Part shown: one piece after another, positions 41,101-52,552 of the stretch
Position numbering within the stretch: the stretch's first letter is position 1
Layout of the letters: each line of letters starts with the position of its first letter
Assembly (NCBI GenBank): GCA_964016885.1
Contig: OZ024741.1
Coordinates: 213,776,001 to 213,840,000 of the forward strand
Length of the DNA: 64,000 nt
Source: Eledone cirrhosa
Lineage: Eukaryota
Direction: 5' to 3'
The notes under the pieces: generated by a model
Database searches by the model: none
What the model was told of the DNA's origin: nothing
The model's input: the letters and a program-made list of their open reading frames with translations, nothing else
Made by a program: the position numbers and the translations under genes

Positions 41101-41570
41101 GGACATGCTCCTGCATAGTCCCAACGTGCATCTAGGATGTCATTCCAATCCCCCGCTAGAAGCAGGGAACGCGACGTTCCCAGAAAAGTCTCCAAACGCT
41201 GGAAGAAGTCGGGCCGTTCAGCTCCGAAAGGGGAGTAGACGGCGACCAGTCTCAAGGCCGCACTTTCACTACTGCCAACGTCTAGCACCAACAAACGACC
41301 CTCCGGGTCCGAGTGCACAACCTGTACGGCAAGACCCAGGTGTTTTTGCAGCAGCACGACAACCCCACCCCCACCTCCAGGTTGACAGAGAGATGCATGC
41401 ACCTCAAAGTCATCGAAGGTGGGGGCCAGCTGCCGCATGACGCTGATTCGAGTCTCACAGATAACCATTACATTTATACTACATGACCTGAGGTCATTTA
41501 GAAGCTTTGCTTGCTTCCAAGTTGAGCCCAGGCCACGTGCATTCAAACATCCTACTCTTAACACATCCAT
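38133..41570 (-). CDS. Tx1-type ORF2: APE endonuclease, RT, C-terminal zinc knuckle (1145 aa)
   Basis: LNARGL, ICETR, GDWN, SYLDRF, TDHK, GPGYWKLN, KSPGLDG, FRPITLLN, LDQSKAFDRVDH, RQGCPLS, YADD, CPRC..ETVAHALVQC. Confidence 0.95.
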   Translation of the reverse strand: MDVLRVGCLNARGLGSTWKQAKLLNDLRSCSINVMVICETRISVMRQLAPTFDDFEVHASLCQPGGGGGVVVLLQKHLGLAVQVVHSDPEGRLLVLDVGSSESAALRLVAVYSPFGAERPDFFQRLETFLGTSRSLLLAGDWNDILDARWDYAGACPNRGGCNSLKGLLDRFNLVDRYRLDFTTVPTWTWRNHSGQSRSYLDRFLVRSKDRDILSCPEMRTVGYTDHKLVTCVVNLEKTHRQGPGYWKLNLSLPAKETYRNRISRLVKERLTGAIVNNRWWASLKREIRTESISYSKMLAANRNRNEKELTGKLEEAIKSEDVARVLASRTALNQFFDAKHEGCVIRSKIRALGNEGAKAVGWARVTEAKSGNRSTIRSLQDEDGRVIREPKQMCEAFQKHFARLFGGGEGPGRGVNFGPYLDGLPRLSNKEAESCEGPISADEIGDALSQCSRRKSPGLDGIPYELYLAMPVFFSELLEAVYCNWQQNGRIPCSVAKGVVTLVRKDENKGDSINNFRPITLLNTELKILAKVLAKRLALVVGGLVGDAQTCAIPSRSIHDNLHLMRYIIERVGNKPGFGGALINLDQSKAFDRVDHGYLDAVLAAAGFGPVFRGWITALHSNHICSRIKVNGYLSKPFEITRSIRQGCPLSSLLYVLTLEPLLRKLELLQGIPLEPGLSKAVSAYADDVTVMVSTDSEIEAIGTLLEEYERLSGAKLNREKSIGLQLGTWRGRPMPPDGVVGHWTEGPVKLLGVWFGPDLQVEKNWNEVTNKVFALTQKWAKCKLSLKGRAEVANIYIASVTYYRLTVVPCPKETLTTMERMLFQFLWKKRPPMVRRSICCQQPSKGGLGMPWLMMRRHALRLRHLQVFLTGQPVWAPFVKRAFPRLVSLTELQSWVKQRSGKLGDWHTECAQALRALWQEGRAIGGESTSSFYRGLVASRGDDTLGESLDMEEDELASLFGRTFGPGPMDNFQKSLAWQCYRGALPVRERLYRHGRPGRDPSKKICPRCVRHEETVAHALVQCPGVADLWGYAEQLLSRVAPIKLTAESVMTIKPPPLFTKEAKAVFLCVIAMLKEVVWWTRLKGLRSGNFLSGHSLVYFFRYHFGRRIRMEREVLGHRQFYERWVIVARMARVNGPSLYTIL

Positions 41571-41603
41571 GTGGGCGGCAGAGCCAAAGGAGAGTGTAGA
41601 GAC

Positions 41604-43292
41604 CTACCTTTCCGCTTCCCGGGGTTCGGGTTGCACGACTTCCATGGGGTCGGGGGTGTTGGGTGAAGGGGTGTCTTGTGGTGGTGTGGGGTCGTCGGTG
41701 TGTGGTGGGGTTGGGGTGTTTGGAGTTGTGTTGGGGAGGGGAAGGGGAGGGGGAAAGCTTTTTAGTAGGACGCGGTTTATGGGTTTGACAGAGGGTGGTC
41801 CTACGTCCTCCTTAAAATCCTTTTTTAGTTTTTGGTAGAGGTTCATTGGGATTTTTATTAGTTTTAAATGTGGGTGGTTTTCTGATGAAACAAAGTTTAC
41901 ACCTTCGGTTTGTACCGAAGGATTATTGTATATGAGTTCATTTAATTTATTATTATTTCTGTTGATGTAAGTATAGTGTAATGTCTTTTTTTCCGATGGT
42001 GTGAGTGTTTCGAAGAGGGGAGGGGCAGGTTTGGTTTTGTTTGTTGCTGGAGGGGTGTTTTCTGTTTTGTTAGATTGTGTTGCGATTTGGGTGGGGGTTG
42101 TTTGTCCTTGTGTGTTTTGCACATGTTTTCTTTTTTTCCTTTTAATCTGTCTGAAGGACTCCGTTTCTTCCTCCGAATTCGTTGGGTTATCTTCAGTGTT
42201 GGAGGGAAGAGGTATGTTTGCTGGTAATGTTTCCGTGTTGGTTTTCTTTGTGGGGGAGATGGATGTCACTATGTTAGACTGTGTTGTGTGTTGTGTCTGC
42301 GGTGGTTGTGTTGTTTTATTGAGTGAGAGGTTGGGTGGGCCTGTATTTTGTTTTGGGGTAATGTGTTGTGACTGTTTGTGTTGTGGTGGTGTTGTGGTGT
42401 TACTGAGGGACGGGTTGGGTGGGACTGAGTTTTGTTGTTTGTTTATCTGTTGTGGTGGTGGTGGTGGAGCTGGTGTTGGTAGCAGGGTTTTCTTTTTGTT
42501 GAGTTGGGGACAAGCGGCCTTCAGGTGCCCTCTGCCTGCACAGATATGGCAGGACGGCCTTCTCCCCTCCACGCTAATGTTTATATACCCGTGGTCCTCT
42601 AATAGGATTCTGTCGGGTATTTGGGCGATGCGTTCAGGCTTCATTTGTACTACCAGCTCTATACCTGTTCCACTGAACGCATTGCCTGTGGTTTTCCCAA
42701 TGGAAATCACGTTGTCATTCACTGGATCGATGAAGCCAGCTATGAGCCAGCAGTAGTCCACATCTGGCATCATTGCATCCAGCCATATGCGTTGAGTTTT
42801 TTTCCCCATATAAGATGGATAAAAGGTGAAATTTTTCGAACGAATCGGTGACAAAGCACATTTTTTTGCCGCCGATTCGTTCTTCATGATAATTGCTAGG
42901 CTTCCATACAGTCTGTCTTTTCTTATGAAAGTTGTTTCATTCAGTACTTCTGCGAGTACTGTTTTGATATCTGCTTGAGAAGGCTGTTCAGGTTTTTTTG
43001 TACTGTTGTTGATGGTCCGAAACTTGACCGTTCGGCTTTCAATGTCTTTCGTGAATTCTTGAGGCATTTTTACCAATAAAATACCATTCTCACCTTCACT
43101 TATGTATTGTTTTGCGTCCGTGATCCTTCGTACCACATCTGAAATGTTTTCCGCTATATAAGTCAAAGATTTCTTTGTTTTCTGTGCAAAAGAAATCTTG
43201 TCGTCTGCTTTGTTTTCTGATATTATGTTATTTTCAACTGTTATTTTTTTGTTTGTTGTGTCTTTGTTTGTGTTATTAGTATTGTCATGCAA
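41604..43292 (-). CDS. Tx1-type ORF1 with CCHC zinc knuckle and P/T/Q-rich C-half (562 aa)
   Basis: SFAQ motif, VEGRRPSCHICAGRGHLKAACP, basic QIKRKKRK; ends 33 nt upstream of ORF2. Confidence 0.88.
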   Translation of the reverse strand: MHDNTNNTNKDTTNKKITVENNIISENKADDKISFAQKTKKSLTYIAENISDVVRRITDAKQYISEGENGILLVKMPQEFTKDIESRTVKFRTINNSTKKPEQPSQADIKTVLAEVLNETTFIRKDRLYGSLAIIMKNESAAKKCALSPIRSKNFTFYPSYMGKKTQRIWLDAMMPDVDYCWLIAGFIDPVNDNVISIGKTTGNAFSGTGIELVVQMKPERIAQIPDRILLEDHGYINISVEGRRPSCHICAGRGHLKAACPQLNKKKTLLPTPAPPPPPQQINKQQNSVPPNPSLSNTTTPPQHKQSQHITPKQNTGPPNLSLNKTTQPPQTQHTTQSNIVTSISPTKKTNTETLPANIPLPSNTEDNPTNSEEETESFRQIKRKKRKHVQNTQGQTTPTQIATQSNKTENTPPATNKTKPAPPLFETLTPSEKKTLHYTYINRNNNKLNELIYNNPSVQTEGVNFVSSENHPHLKLIKIPMNLYQKLKKDFKEDVGPPSVKPINRVLLKSFPPPLPLPNTTPNTPTPPHTDDPTPPQDTPSPNTPDPMEVVQPEPREAER

Positions 43293-43724
43293 TTTTTCAA
43301 ATTTTTTTTTTTCGTTGTTTTCGTCATTTAATTTTTTTTCCTTTCGCAGATTCGTCCGTTTTTATTTTCATTTTTCCTTCCTTCTCTATGACGTTAGTTG
43401 GGAAGGAAGGGAGGACTAAAGCGTGCGAGCTTACAACTCTTACCGCTGTCCCCCCACCACTATTTTCGTTCGCTGCGTTTAACATTTCTGTTAGACGATT
43501 GAAATTTTTTACACAAAATTTTTTAAAACAGGTTTTCACCTCTAGGAGGGGTAAAGATGAGCTGACCCACCGCCTGACAGTTCAGACGGAGGGTCAAGTT
43601 ACACAATTGTATCAAAATTAAGTTTGAACTCACAAAATTTCCTCAATAAATTTGAACAAAACTTCTGTGCGAAGTGAATGACATCCACACTGTAGAACAG
43701 ACGACAGCTAGATTAAGAGTGTGT

Positions 43725-43814
<90 letters not shown>

Positions 43815-44314
43815 TTATTTATTAGCCACAAGGGCGCAACAAGAAAAGGGGACAATACAAAGACATGCCGGGGATTTTACATACAGTCGTGTAAAAAATA
43901 TAAAAACAAACAATTTCAACAATCGAAATCCCAAATAGGGGGCAGGCGCCACAAATGGGTTGTTTAATACCCCGTCGATAGAACAACCCTCAACTCCAGG
44001 AGCGTGTTGTGCAAGTGCTCCTTTCTTCCTTTTGCTCTCTTCCTCAACCTACAGGCTTATAAACAGAGAAGGCCCAATCACTCGGGACATTTTCGCTTCA
44101 TTCACCCACCTTTCAGTAAATTTACTGGGGTGCAGTGCCTCTCTTTCCACCATGATTCTCCTTCTAAAGTGATACTTAAAGAAGGGAATCAATTGTTGTC
44201 CGGAGAGAAAGGCATCTGTCCTCAGTCCTCTCAAGCTCGTCCACCATATAACTTATTTCACCATAGCCACCGTACAGAGGAAAACCGCCTCTCTTTCGTT
44301 TTTGAAAGAGTCTG
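43815..44314 (-). mobile_element. Short 3' fragment of Tx1-type LINE in (GATA)n
   Basis: LSGQQLIPFFKYHFRRRI..GPSLFISL; long GATA arrays on both sides. Confidence 0.9.
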
Positions 44315-44316
44315 GC

Positions 44317-44395
<79 letters not shown>

Positions 44396-44616
44396 AAGTT
44401 CACAAATATTTTCAATCATGGATTTCATTTTTTAAGTAACAATATCTATCTAACTCATCGACCAAAAATGTTATAATTATATAATTAACTGTTTTGGTCC
44501 TTTATATATCATTTTAATTAATTTACGATCGTTTCTTCCATATTTTAAGTTGATTAATGATTATTAATTAATTAATTAAATAATTAAATTGGAATCTTCA
44601 GAATTATTGAAATGAG

Positions 44617-44718
<102 letters not shown>

Positions 44719-44773
44719 GTGGGAAAGTGAAAAATCGGAGAATAGACCGTTAAAACATGTTTATTGAAAATAT

Positions 44774-44812
44774 CACCTACGTACGTTTCGCCCAGTTGGG
44801 CTTCTCAAGGGC
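44774..44812 (-). ncRNA. Variant minimal HHR (U3-A8 core)
   Basis: CC-UUGAGAA-GCCCA(AC)UGGGC-GAAA-CGUACG-UA-GG. Confidence 0.55.
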
Positions 44813-44904
44813 ATAAACATTCGATATACATATATATATATAATACACACACACATACAAACACACACACATACACATACACAATATGTGTGTGTGTGTG
44901 TAGG

Positions 44905-44951
<47 letters not shown>

Positions 44952-44957
<6 letters not shown>

Positions 44958-45195
44958 ATTAAGTCAAATATGTAAAATTTGGCTTCGTTTATCACACGTT
45001 ATAGATATACTGCTGTATATATATTTCGGTGACAGCCATCATTGGCTGTCACCTATTCAGGCAGTCCGAATTGGTGTGGGAAGGACAGGTACACATGTTG
45101 TTGAAGTGTGTTTTACTCCGTCAATCCATTGATATGTCCAACTCCTGGTAGTGATGTTGTTTCTCTTAGGAACTGGAATCAGCATATACTCAATA
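44952..45195 (-). mobile_element. PLE-type terminus family H with degenerate HHR and inverted tail
   Basis: CUGAAUA-GGUGACAGCCA/UGGCUGUCACC-GAAA-UAUAUA-UA; CATATACTCAA tail inverted at 45183-45193. Confidence 0.6.
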
Positions 45196-45321
45196 TATAT
45201 ATATATATATATATATATGCATACACATGAAACAGTATATTATATATATATATATATACATACACACACACACACACATATATATATATACATATATATA
45301 TATGCATACTCATGAAACAGC

Positions 45322-45397
<76 letters not shown>

Positions 45398-45660
45398 TAT
45401 ATATCTATCTAACGGCTCATCTAGGTATCACCACTACCCACCCTCTCTCTATCACACTATTAATCTATAGACAGTCTACCAAACCATCTCATTATCTATA
45501 ACTCCATCGATTGCTACCTCCCCCTCACACCTTCTCTCAGTTGACCTACTATAACATTCACACGCAAACAGACACGTACATTATTCATGCATGGGCACAC
45601 ATAGACACACATACATATGCACAAACTCACGCGCACGATAAGACAGACAAACATCGAGAG

Positions 45661-45721
<61 letters not shown>

Positions 45722-46271
45722 AGAAAGAGAGAGAGAGATGTTTCACACATCGACCAACTCTGATGGCATTTGTGTCACAACATGACAAACCAAGGACGAA
45801 GACTATATATAGCCTTTCGATTTGCTAGAAATAACTGCTAAATATATCTGCTTATTTATTGTATCGAATATAACCTTTATTTTAATTTAGAGAATAAATA
45901 ATATATAACTTGGCATAGGCACGGTCGGAAGCATGCACTGAAATTTAACAAAAGCAATCTTTACCAGAGCTCGCGCGCACATACGTAAGAATATGGCCAC
46001 GCTGTGTGTGTGTAAAACCTCGACTGCGGGGCCAAGCGCTTTCGGTTTGTGTGCTCAAGAAGCCTTTCCAAAAGTGTAGTAATATTTGTAGGGTACCCTA
46101 CAAATATTACCACCGATAGAACCTGAGACACACGCACGCAGTTCCACAACAGTTAATACATCATTTCCGTGTATTAACTGTTGTGGAACTATTTCTACCA
46201 AACTTGTCCCATGGAATCAGTGCTTTACTACTGCGGATATAACCCACCAGAGTTCTACCAACCAGTGAGTG

Positions 46272-46303
<32 letters not shown>

Positions 46304-46304
46304 G

Positions 46305-46537
46305 GATTATCCTAGATGTAGTAATGGTTATTTACCACACTGGATATGGTTGACGTACGGTGAGAGATTACTCAACGAGTTATGGAAGAATTGTTGAAGA
46401 AACTTAGTTCCTGATCCTTCTGTATTCCGGAGTGTAGATAAAGAATGGATAATAACAGGTAGACATCATAAAATAGGTAAATTAAGCACACGGAATAAAT
46501 TACCTTTTTTTATGATGTCTACCTGTTATTATTCATT

Positions 46538-46545
<8 letters not shown>
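46305..46545 (-). repeat. Fold-back remnant with one-sided tail (family G) in (TA)n
   Basis: ATAAAGAATG.ATAATAACAGGTAGACATCATAAAA and its reverse complement. Confidence 0.6.
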
Positions 46546-46597
<52 letters not shown>

Positions 46598-46797
46598 AAC
46601 TATGATAAACCTCGCCTGGTTCATCTTGGTGATCTAAGATCTACCACCAAGATCCGATTAAATATACCATCCTGCTCCGCTCAAGATTCTGTCATATACA
46701 TCAAATGGGGTGGACTGAAGTATCATTTAAAGCATAAAGAAACAAAAAATTGAACTGACAAAATTGTTGAACCCTCATATGTCGAAGTACGACGTGA

Positions 46798-46895
<98 letters not shown>

Positions 46896-46899
46896 TATA

Positions 46900-47122
46900 T
46901 AACAATAATAATAAATGTGGAGACTAAAATCCAAAGAGGGCTCGATAAGGAAAAATTTTTATCAAATATATAAGAACCCTAGAGCAAATGTTTATTAAAA
47001 TAACAGATTAAAGTTTAAGCAAAGAATCGCTGCTTTCATCCTTAACGGGATCTTCTGAAACTCTTCTCAAAATCCCGTGAAGGGTAAAAGCAGCGATTCT
47101 TTGCTTAAACTTTAATCTGTTA

Positions 47123-47130
<8 letters not shown>
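46900..47130 (-). mobile_element. Fold-back family F with near-canonical HHR (47012-47062 minus)
   Basis: AGUUU-CAGAAGA-UCC..GGAU-GAAA-GCA..UGC-UU-AAACU; ~55-bp inverted arms. Confidence 0.6.
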
Positions 47131-47160
<30 letters not shown>

Positions 47161-47162
<2 letters not shown>

Positions 47163-48538
47163 AAAATGATCAACCCCGACGGCAGAGCTCAAGCCGTTTC
47201 GACGGCTATTTCTGGACTAAATTAGAATTTTTAGTGTGGTAATAAATAGCCGAACTGTTCAAGGGGTAATTTCTTATATGGGAAGATTGTAGTTGTCAAA
47301 AGGATTGGTCAAAATTTCTTGTAAACACAATTAAATCTTTCATGGCGGTGGGGGAAGGTGGGGGTGGCTGAACTTGTCTGTAGAACAATGAGGGGGTGGG
47401 TGGAGCATGTCAAGCGTTGAAAGTGAATTCTATACAGCAAATTCTAAGGAGCGTGTATGAAATTAGGCTAGTTAGAAAGCAGTCGAAAAAGTATTCTGAA
47501 GGAATCTGAGAGTGGGAAGTTATAAAATTAAAAGTTTATTAAATTGGTATTAAAAAAATAGATGAAATTAATAAAAAAATTAAGTAGTAAAAATTAATTA
47601 AAAAAATCTAGAGTCTAAAGCAGCTGCTATATTTTTAGCTGATATTGCGTTTTTGGTCGATGCTATATAGAATTTACTAGGGTACTGAGGCTACAAAAGC
47701 CCGATGGTCGGCCTCAGGGTAGGCGAAAGAGGAAAAAGGACAAGGAAGAAGAGAGAGAGTGGAAGGAAGTGAGAAGAAGAGATAAAGGGAAAAAAGAAAA
47801 GAAGTGCATCTACCTATGTAAGCTGGGGTTTCCCCTATCTTGTTCGGCAAGTGGGGAAAAGAAGGATGTTGCAGCCATTGTCTACCCACCGGGGTCATGA
47901 GGGGGTTTGAGGGCGAGGTAAGTCCTACGCAACCGGTGTTTACATGCAGTTACAAGTTCGTCTTTTTTGTTTAGGAGTTGGTCGTTCGTAAACAGTATTT
48001 GTATTGTTTCCTCCGAGCATAAGTTACACGGACGGCGTCCTCCCGTGTAGGAGTTAGCCCTGGACAGTAAGCTCCAAGTAAGATTGTATGTTTGTAAGAT
48101 TGTAAGTAAGATTGGAGGTCCCAGATGTGGCCCGAAAGTGTAGTGGCATGTCACCGGGCCGGGTTTCTAAACGTATGTCGGTGTTGGTAGAGACGGGTCT
48201 TAAAGTCACAAGCGGTTAATCCTATATAGCCTATACAGGCAAGTTCAGCCACCCCCACCTTCTACCCAACGCCATGAAAAATTTAATTGAGTTTACAAGA
48301 AATGTTGATCAATCCTTTTGACAACTACAATCTTCCCATATAAGAAATTCCCCCTTGAAAAGTTCGGCTATTTATTACCACGCTAAAAATTCTAATTTAG
48401 TCCAGAAATAGCCGTCGAAACGGCTTGAGCTCTTCCGTCGGAGTTGAACATTTTCCTATTACCCACTCTAGTACCCTAAGTATTAAGTACTCTGGTGCGG
48501 TATGATCCATCTGGTTCCTTACCACACTTCCTTCGTTA
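47161..48538 (-). mobile_element. 5'-truncated Neptune-like PLE (family A source) with inverted arm and tail
   Basis: Minus-strand YIGLTACDFKTRLYQHRHTF and WSLLSRANSYTGGRRPCNLCSEE..LLNKKDELVTACKH; 48232-48457 inverted relative to 47161-47382; ~80-nt tail. Confidence 0.9.
48350..48444 (+). ncRNA. Variant HHR of family A (mirror copy 47173-47267 minus)
   Basis: CCCC-UUGAAAA-G..CGGCUAUUU/AAAUAGCCG..C-GAAA-CGGC(UUGAGCUCU)GCCG-UC-GGGG, as consensus of the two arms. Confidence 0.65.
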
Positions 48539-49398
48539 TATATATATATATATTTATATGTATAAAGTTAGTTCCACGATATATTAGCAAACCATCTTCC
48601 AGGACACGTGTTTCACTAAAAGCCAATGTTGTTTGAATTGCTTCATTTTGTGATATATAAATATCACTGAATGTAGCCATTCAAACCACATTTGCTTTTA
48701 GCTCGGTATCGTTCCTACAATTTGTCTAACATCTTATTGTCTTTTCATACTTTACTTCGATAAATGTATTATCGTGAAACGTCAGATCCGTTCTTCACTT
48801 TCTATTCAGCATCAATAATACCATGGCACACAGTTTTCCTATATCTGTACATATATTTTGTCAACCATGTGTCATCTTTTACATTTTTCACTCTGTCTTG
48901 AATCCTTACGCTTTATGTGTTTGCTCCACTTGCGCACGCGTACGAGTGTACGTGTGTATAGAATTCAATACATATTTAGGTGCAGAGTAATTAGAGAGAT
49001 ATCGTAAAATCATAACTCACTGCTGAAGTCACAATATATCAGTGCGAAATCTGTGTTGACAAAAGAAGAAAAAAGCAGGTTGCATTCACCATCTTAACAT
49101 CTTTTTTTGTCGGATGTTTTCAATCCAAAATGTCTGCCATTAGACACGGCTGTCTCAGCGTGCATGTCGAAATTTTTACTTTTAGCCAATTGGATTCTCA
49201 GGTAAGAAAAAATAACTATACCCACAGGGTCTTACATAATTAGTAATAGTGTGAGTTCAACTTTTATTTTTATTATTATTATTTTATTAACTAGGATTAT
49301 TGATTCAATTAGTAATGAAAAATTCCCTCTAAGGTTGTTTAAACTATAAAAAAAAACTGCAAGGGGCATAACTCCAAGTTTAGCGAATTATACATATA

Positions 49399-49487
<89 letters not shown>

Positions 49488-49762
49488 AACCAACATAGGG
49501 ACGGATCTTGCTAACATACTTACTTGCTAATCAGTGACTTTATATATATATATCTAGCCATTTATTTTAACTCTCTATCTATCTATCGGCTATATAAGCA
49601 ATCCATACACCATCTCTATTTCCCTCTCTATACATTTCTTACACATTGTATTATCTATCTATCTATATCTCCTCCTTCTTCTTCTCTATTATCTCTCTCT
49701 CTCTCTCTCTATTATCTATCTATATAGATATTCCACCTTCTTATTCTCTCTATCTCCCCCCC

Positions 49763-49797
<35 letters not shown>

Positions 49798-49859
49798 TCT
49801 CTCTCTCCTTGACGACATATCTTTGTCATTAGTCAGAATCTTTGACAATCTTCTGCACA

Positions 49860-51380
49860 GAACATTCGTTGCCAACTTTCTGCATACACGAGTGTGTGGC
49901 TGTCTGTGTGTAGCTCTGTCTGCGTATGGCTGGCTGTGCATATGTGTGTGTGTGTGTGTGTGTGTGCATCCGTGTCTGTGTGTGTGTGGATTTGTGTGAT
50001 TGTCTGTGTGTAGCTGGCTGTATGCGTGTTTGTGTGTGCGTATGTGTGCATACGTGTTGTGTGTGTGTGGATTTGTGTGATTGTCTGTGTGTAGCTGGTT
50101 GTATGCGTGTTTGTGTGTGCGTGTGTGTGCGTGTGTGTGTGCATATGTGTGTGTGTGTGTGTGTGTGGTTGTGTGTGGCTGTCCTTATGTAGCTCTGTCT
50201 GCGTATGGCTGGCTGTGCGTGTGTGTGTGCATACGTATCTGTGTGTGTGTGCGTGTGTGTGTGCATACGTGTTGTGTGTGTGTCGATTTGTGTGATTGTC
50301 TGTGTGTAGCTGGCTGTATGCGTGTTTGTGTGTGCGTGTGTGTGTGCATACGTGTTGTGTGTGTGTGGATTTGTGTGATTGTCTGTGTGTAGCTGGCTGT
50401 ATGCGTGTTTGTGTGTGCGTGTGTGTGTGCATACGTGTTGTGTGTGTGTGGATTTGTGTGATTGTCTGTGTGTAGCTGGCTGTATGCGTGTTTGTGTGTG
50501 CGTGTGTGTGCGTGTGCGTGTGTGTGTGTGCATATGTGTTGTGTGTGTGTGGATTTGTGTGATTGTCTGTGTGTAGCTGGCTGTATGCGTGTTTGTGTGT
50601 GCCTGTGTGTGCGTGTGTGTGTGCATACGTGTTTGTGTATGTGTGGATTTGTGTGTAGCTGGCTGTATGCGTGTTTGTGTGTGTGTGTGTGTGTGCATAC
50701 GTGTCTGTGTATGTGTGGATGTGTGTGATTGTCTGTGTGTAGCTGGCTGTATGCGTGTTTGTGTGTGTATGTGTGTGCGTGTGTGTGCACATACGTGTCT
50801 GTGTATGTGTGGATTTGTGTGATTGTCTGTGTGTAGCTGGCTGTATGCATGTTTGTGTGTGCGTGTGTGTGCGTGTGTGTGTGTGCATACGTGTCTGTGT
50901 ATGTGTGGATTTGTGTGATTGTCTGTGTGTAGCTGGCTGTATGCATGTTTGTGTGTGCGTGTGTGTGCGTGCGTGTGTGCATACGTGTCTGTGTATGTGT
51001 GACTGTCTTTGTGAATATGTCTCCATACAACATCATTTCGTTGCCAACTTTCTGCATACACGTGTGTGTGGCAGTGTAACTCCGACATTTTTTAGCTGGA
51101 TGTGTGTCTCTGTCTCTGTGTGTGTATGTGAGTCTGTGTGTGGCTGGCTGTCAGTGTATGTTTCCATACAACATTTCGTTGCCAACTTTCTGCATATGCA
51201 TGTGTAGCTGTCTGTGTGTGCGTGTATTCATCTCTGTATCATGTGTGTGTGTGCGCGCGTATGCATACGTGTGCAAGTTTGTGTGCGCGTGCACATGTGC
51301 ACGTTTGTGCATGTGCGCACATCTGTGCGTCTGCATGTGCTCTATAAAGCATTTCGTTGCCTTCTGCATACACGTGTAGT
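49860..51380. repeat. GT-rich minisatellite (~60-75 bp unit)
   Basis: Repeated GGATTTGTGTGATTGTCTGTGTGTAGCTGGCTGTATGCGTGTTT. Confidence 0.9.
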
Positions 51381-51477
51381 AGCCGTCTGTGTGTGCGTGG
51401 TTGTATCTGTGTGTGTGTGTCAGTGTGTCCATTTATGTATAAGGTGCGTGTGTCTGTATACATGTGTATGTGTGTGT

Positions 51478-51529
<52 letters not shown>

Positions 51530-52104
51530 CTGTGTCTGTGTCTGTGTCTGTGTGTGTGTCTGTGTATGTGTCTGTGTATGTGTATGCGTCTGTGTGTGTG
51601 TGTCTGTGTCTGTGTGTGTGTGTATCTGTGTGTTTGTATGTGTATGTGTCTGTGTGTGTGTGTGTGTGTGTGTCTGTGTGTTTGTATGTGTATGTGTCTG
51701 TGTGTGTGTGTGTGTGTGTGTCTGTGTGTGTGTATGTACGACAGTTTGGTGCAGTTGGAATGTATTTCAAGAGAATATAATCAGCAGCAGCGGCAAGTTG
51801 GTGTCAGAAAAATGTACATCTCACTTGTGTGTTTGTATGTGTATTTCGTTGTGTTTGTGTGTTTGTTTGTCTGTGTGTGTGTGTGTTTGGTTATGCCTTT
51901 GTGTGCATGTATGTATGTATATTTGGTTGTGTTTGTGTGTTTGTTTGTCTGTGTGTGTGTGTGTTTGGTTATGCCTTTGTGTGCATGTATGTATGTATAT
52001 TAGGTTGTGTGCATGTTTGGGCGGGTGTGTCTGTGTGTATGTTTGTAAGTGTATATGTGTCTGTCTGTGTTTGTTTGTCTGGGTGTTTATGTATGTTGTG
52101 CATG

Positions 52105-52156
<52 letters not shown>

Positions 52157-52490
52157 AACACACACGTGTGTGCTTGTAAATTTGTCATTGTGTCTGTGGT
52201 TGTCTGAGTTTCATGTGTGTGTGTCACAGTCAGAAAAAGCTTTGCAGACGACCGTTGCGCGAGCATGTCGCTTACGGCATAGAAAAGCCGATTATGTTCG
52301 CCGATAGACATCAAGTTGGACTGTTTGTATAGATGCGTATAGATGCGTATGTATATATGTATGAATGTATAATCGTATATATATATATATGTGTGTTTGT
52401 GTATGCTGTCAATACCCACTTGATAACGTATTTGGAACAGAAAGAGGGGGAGGTTTTGGGGTTGGAATAAAATTGAAAGAATGGAAAGAA

Positions 52491-52552
<62 letters not shown>

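Larger units (their letters stand above)
37919..43716 (-). mobile_element. Full-length Tx1-type (L1 clade) LINE with ~22-bp TSD
   Basis: TSD GAGTGTGTATAGATAGATAGAT at 37897-37918 and 43717-43738; two intact ORFs; 3' AATAAAGAAA. Confidence 0.95.
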
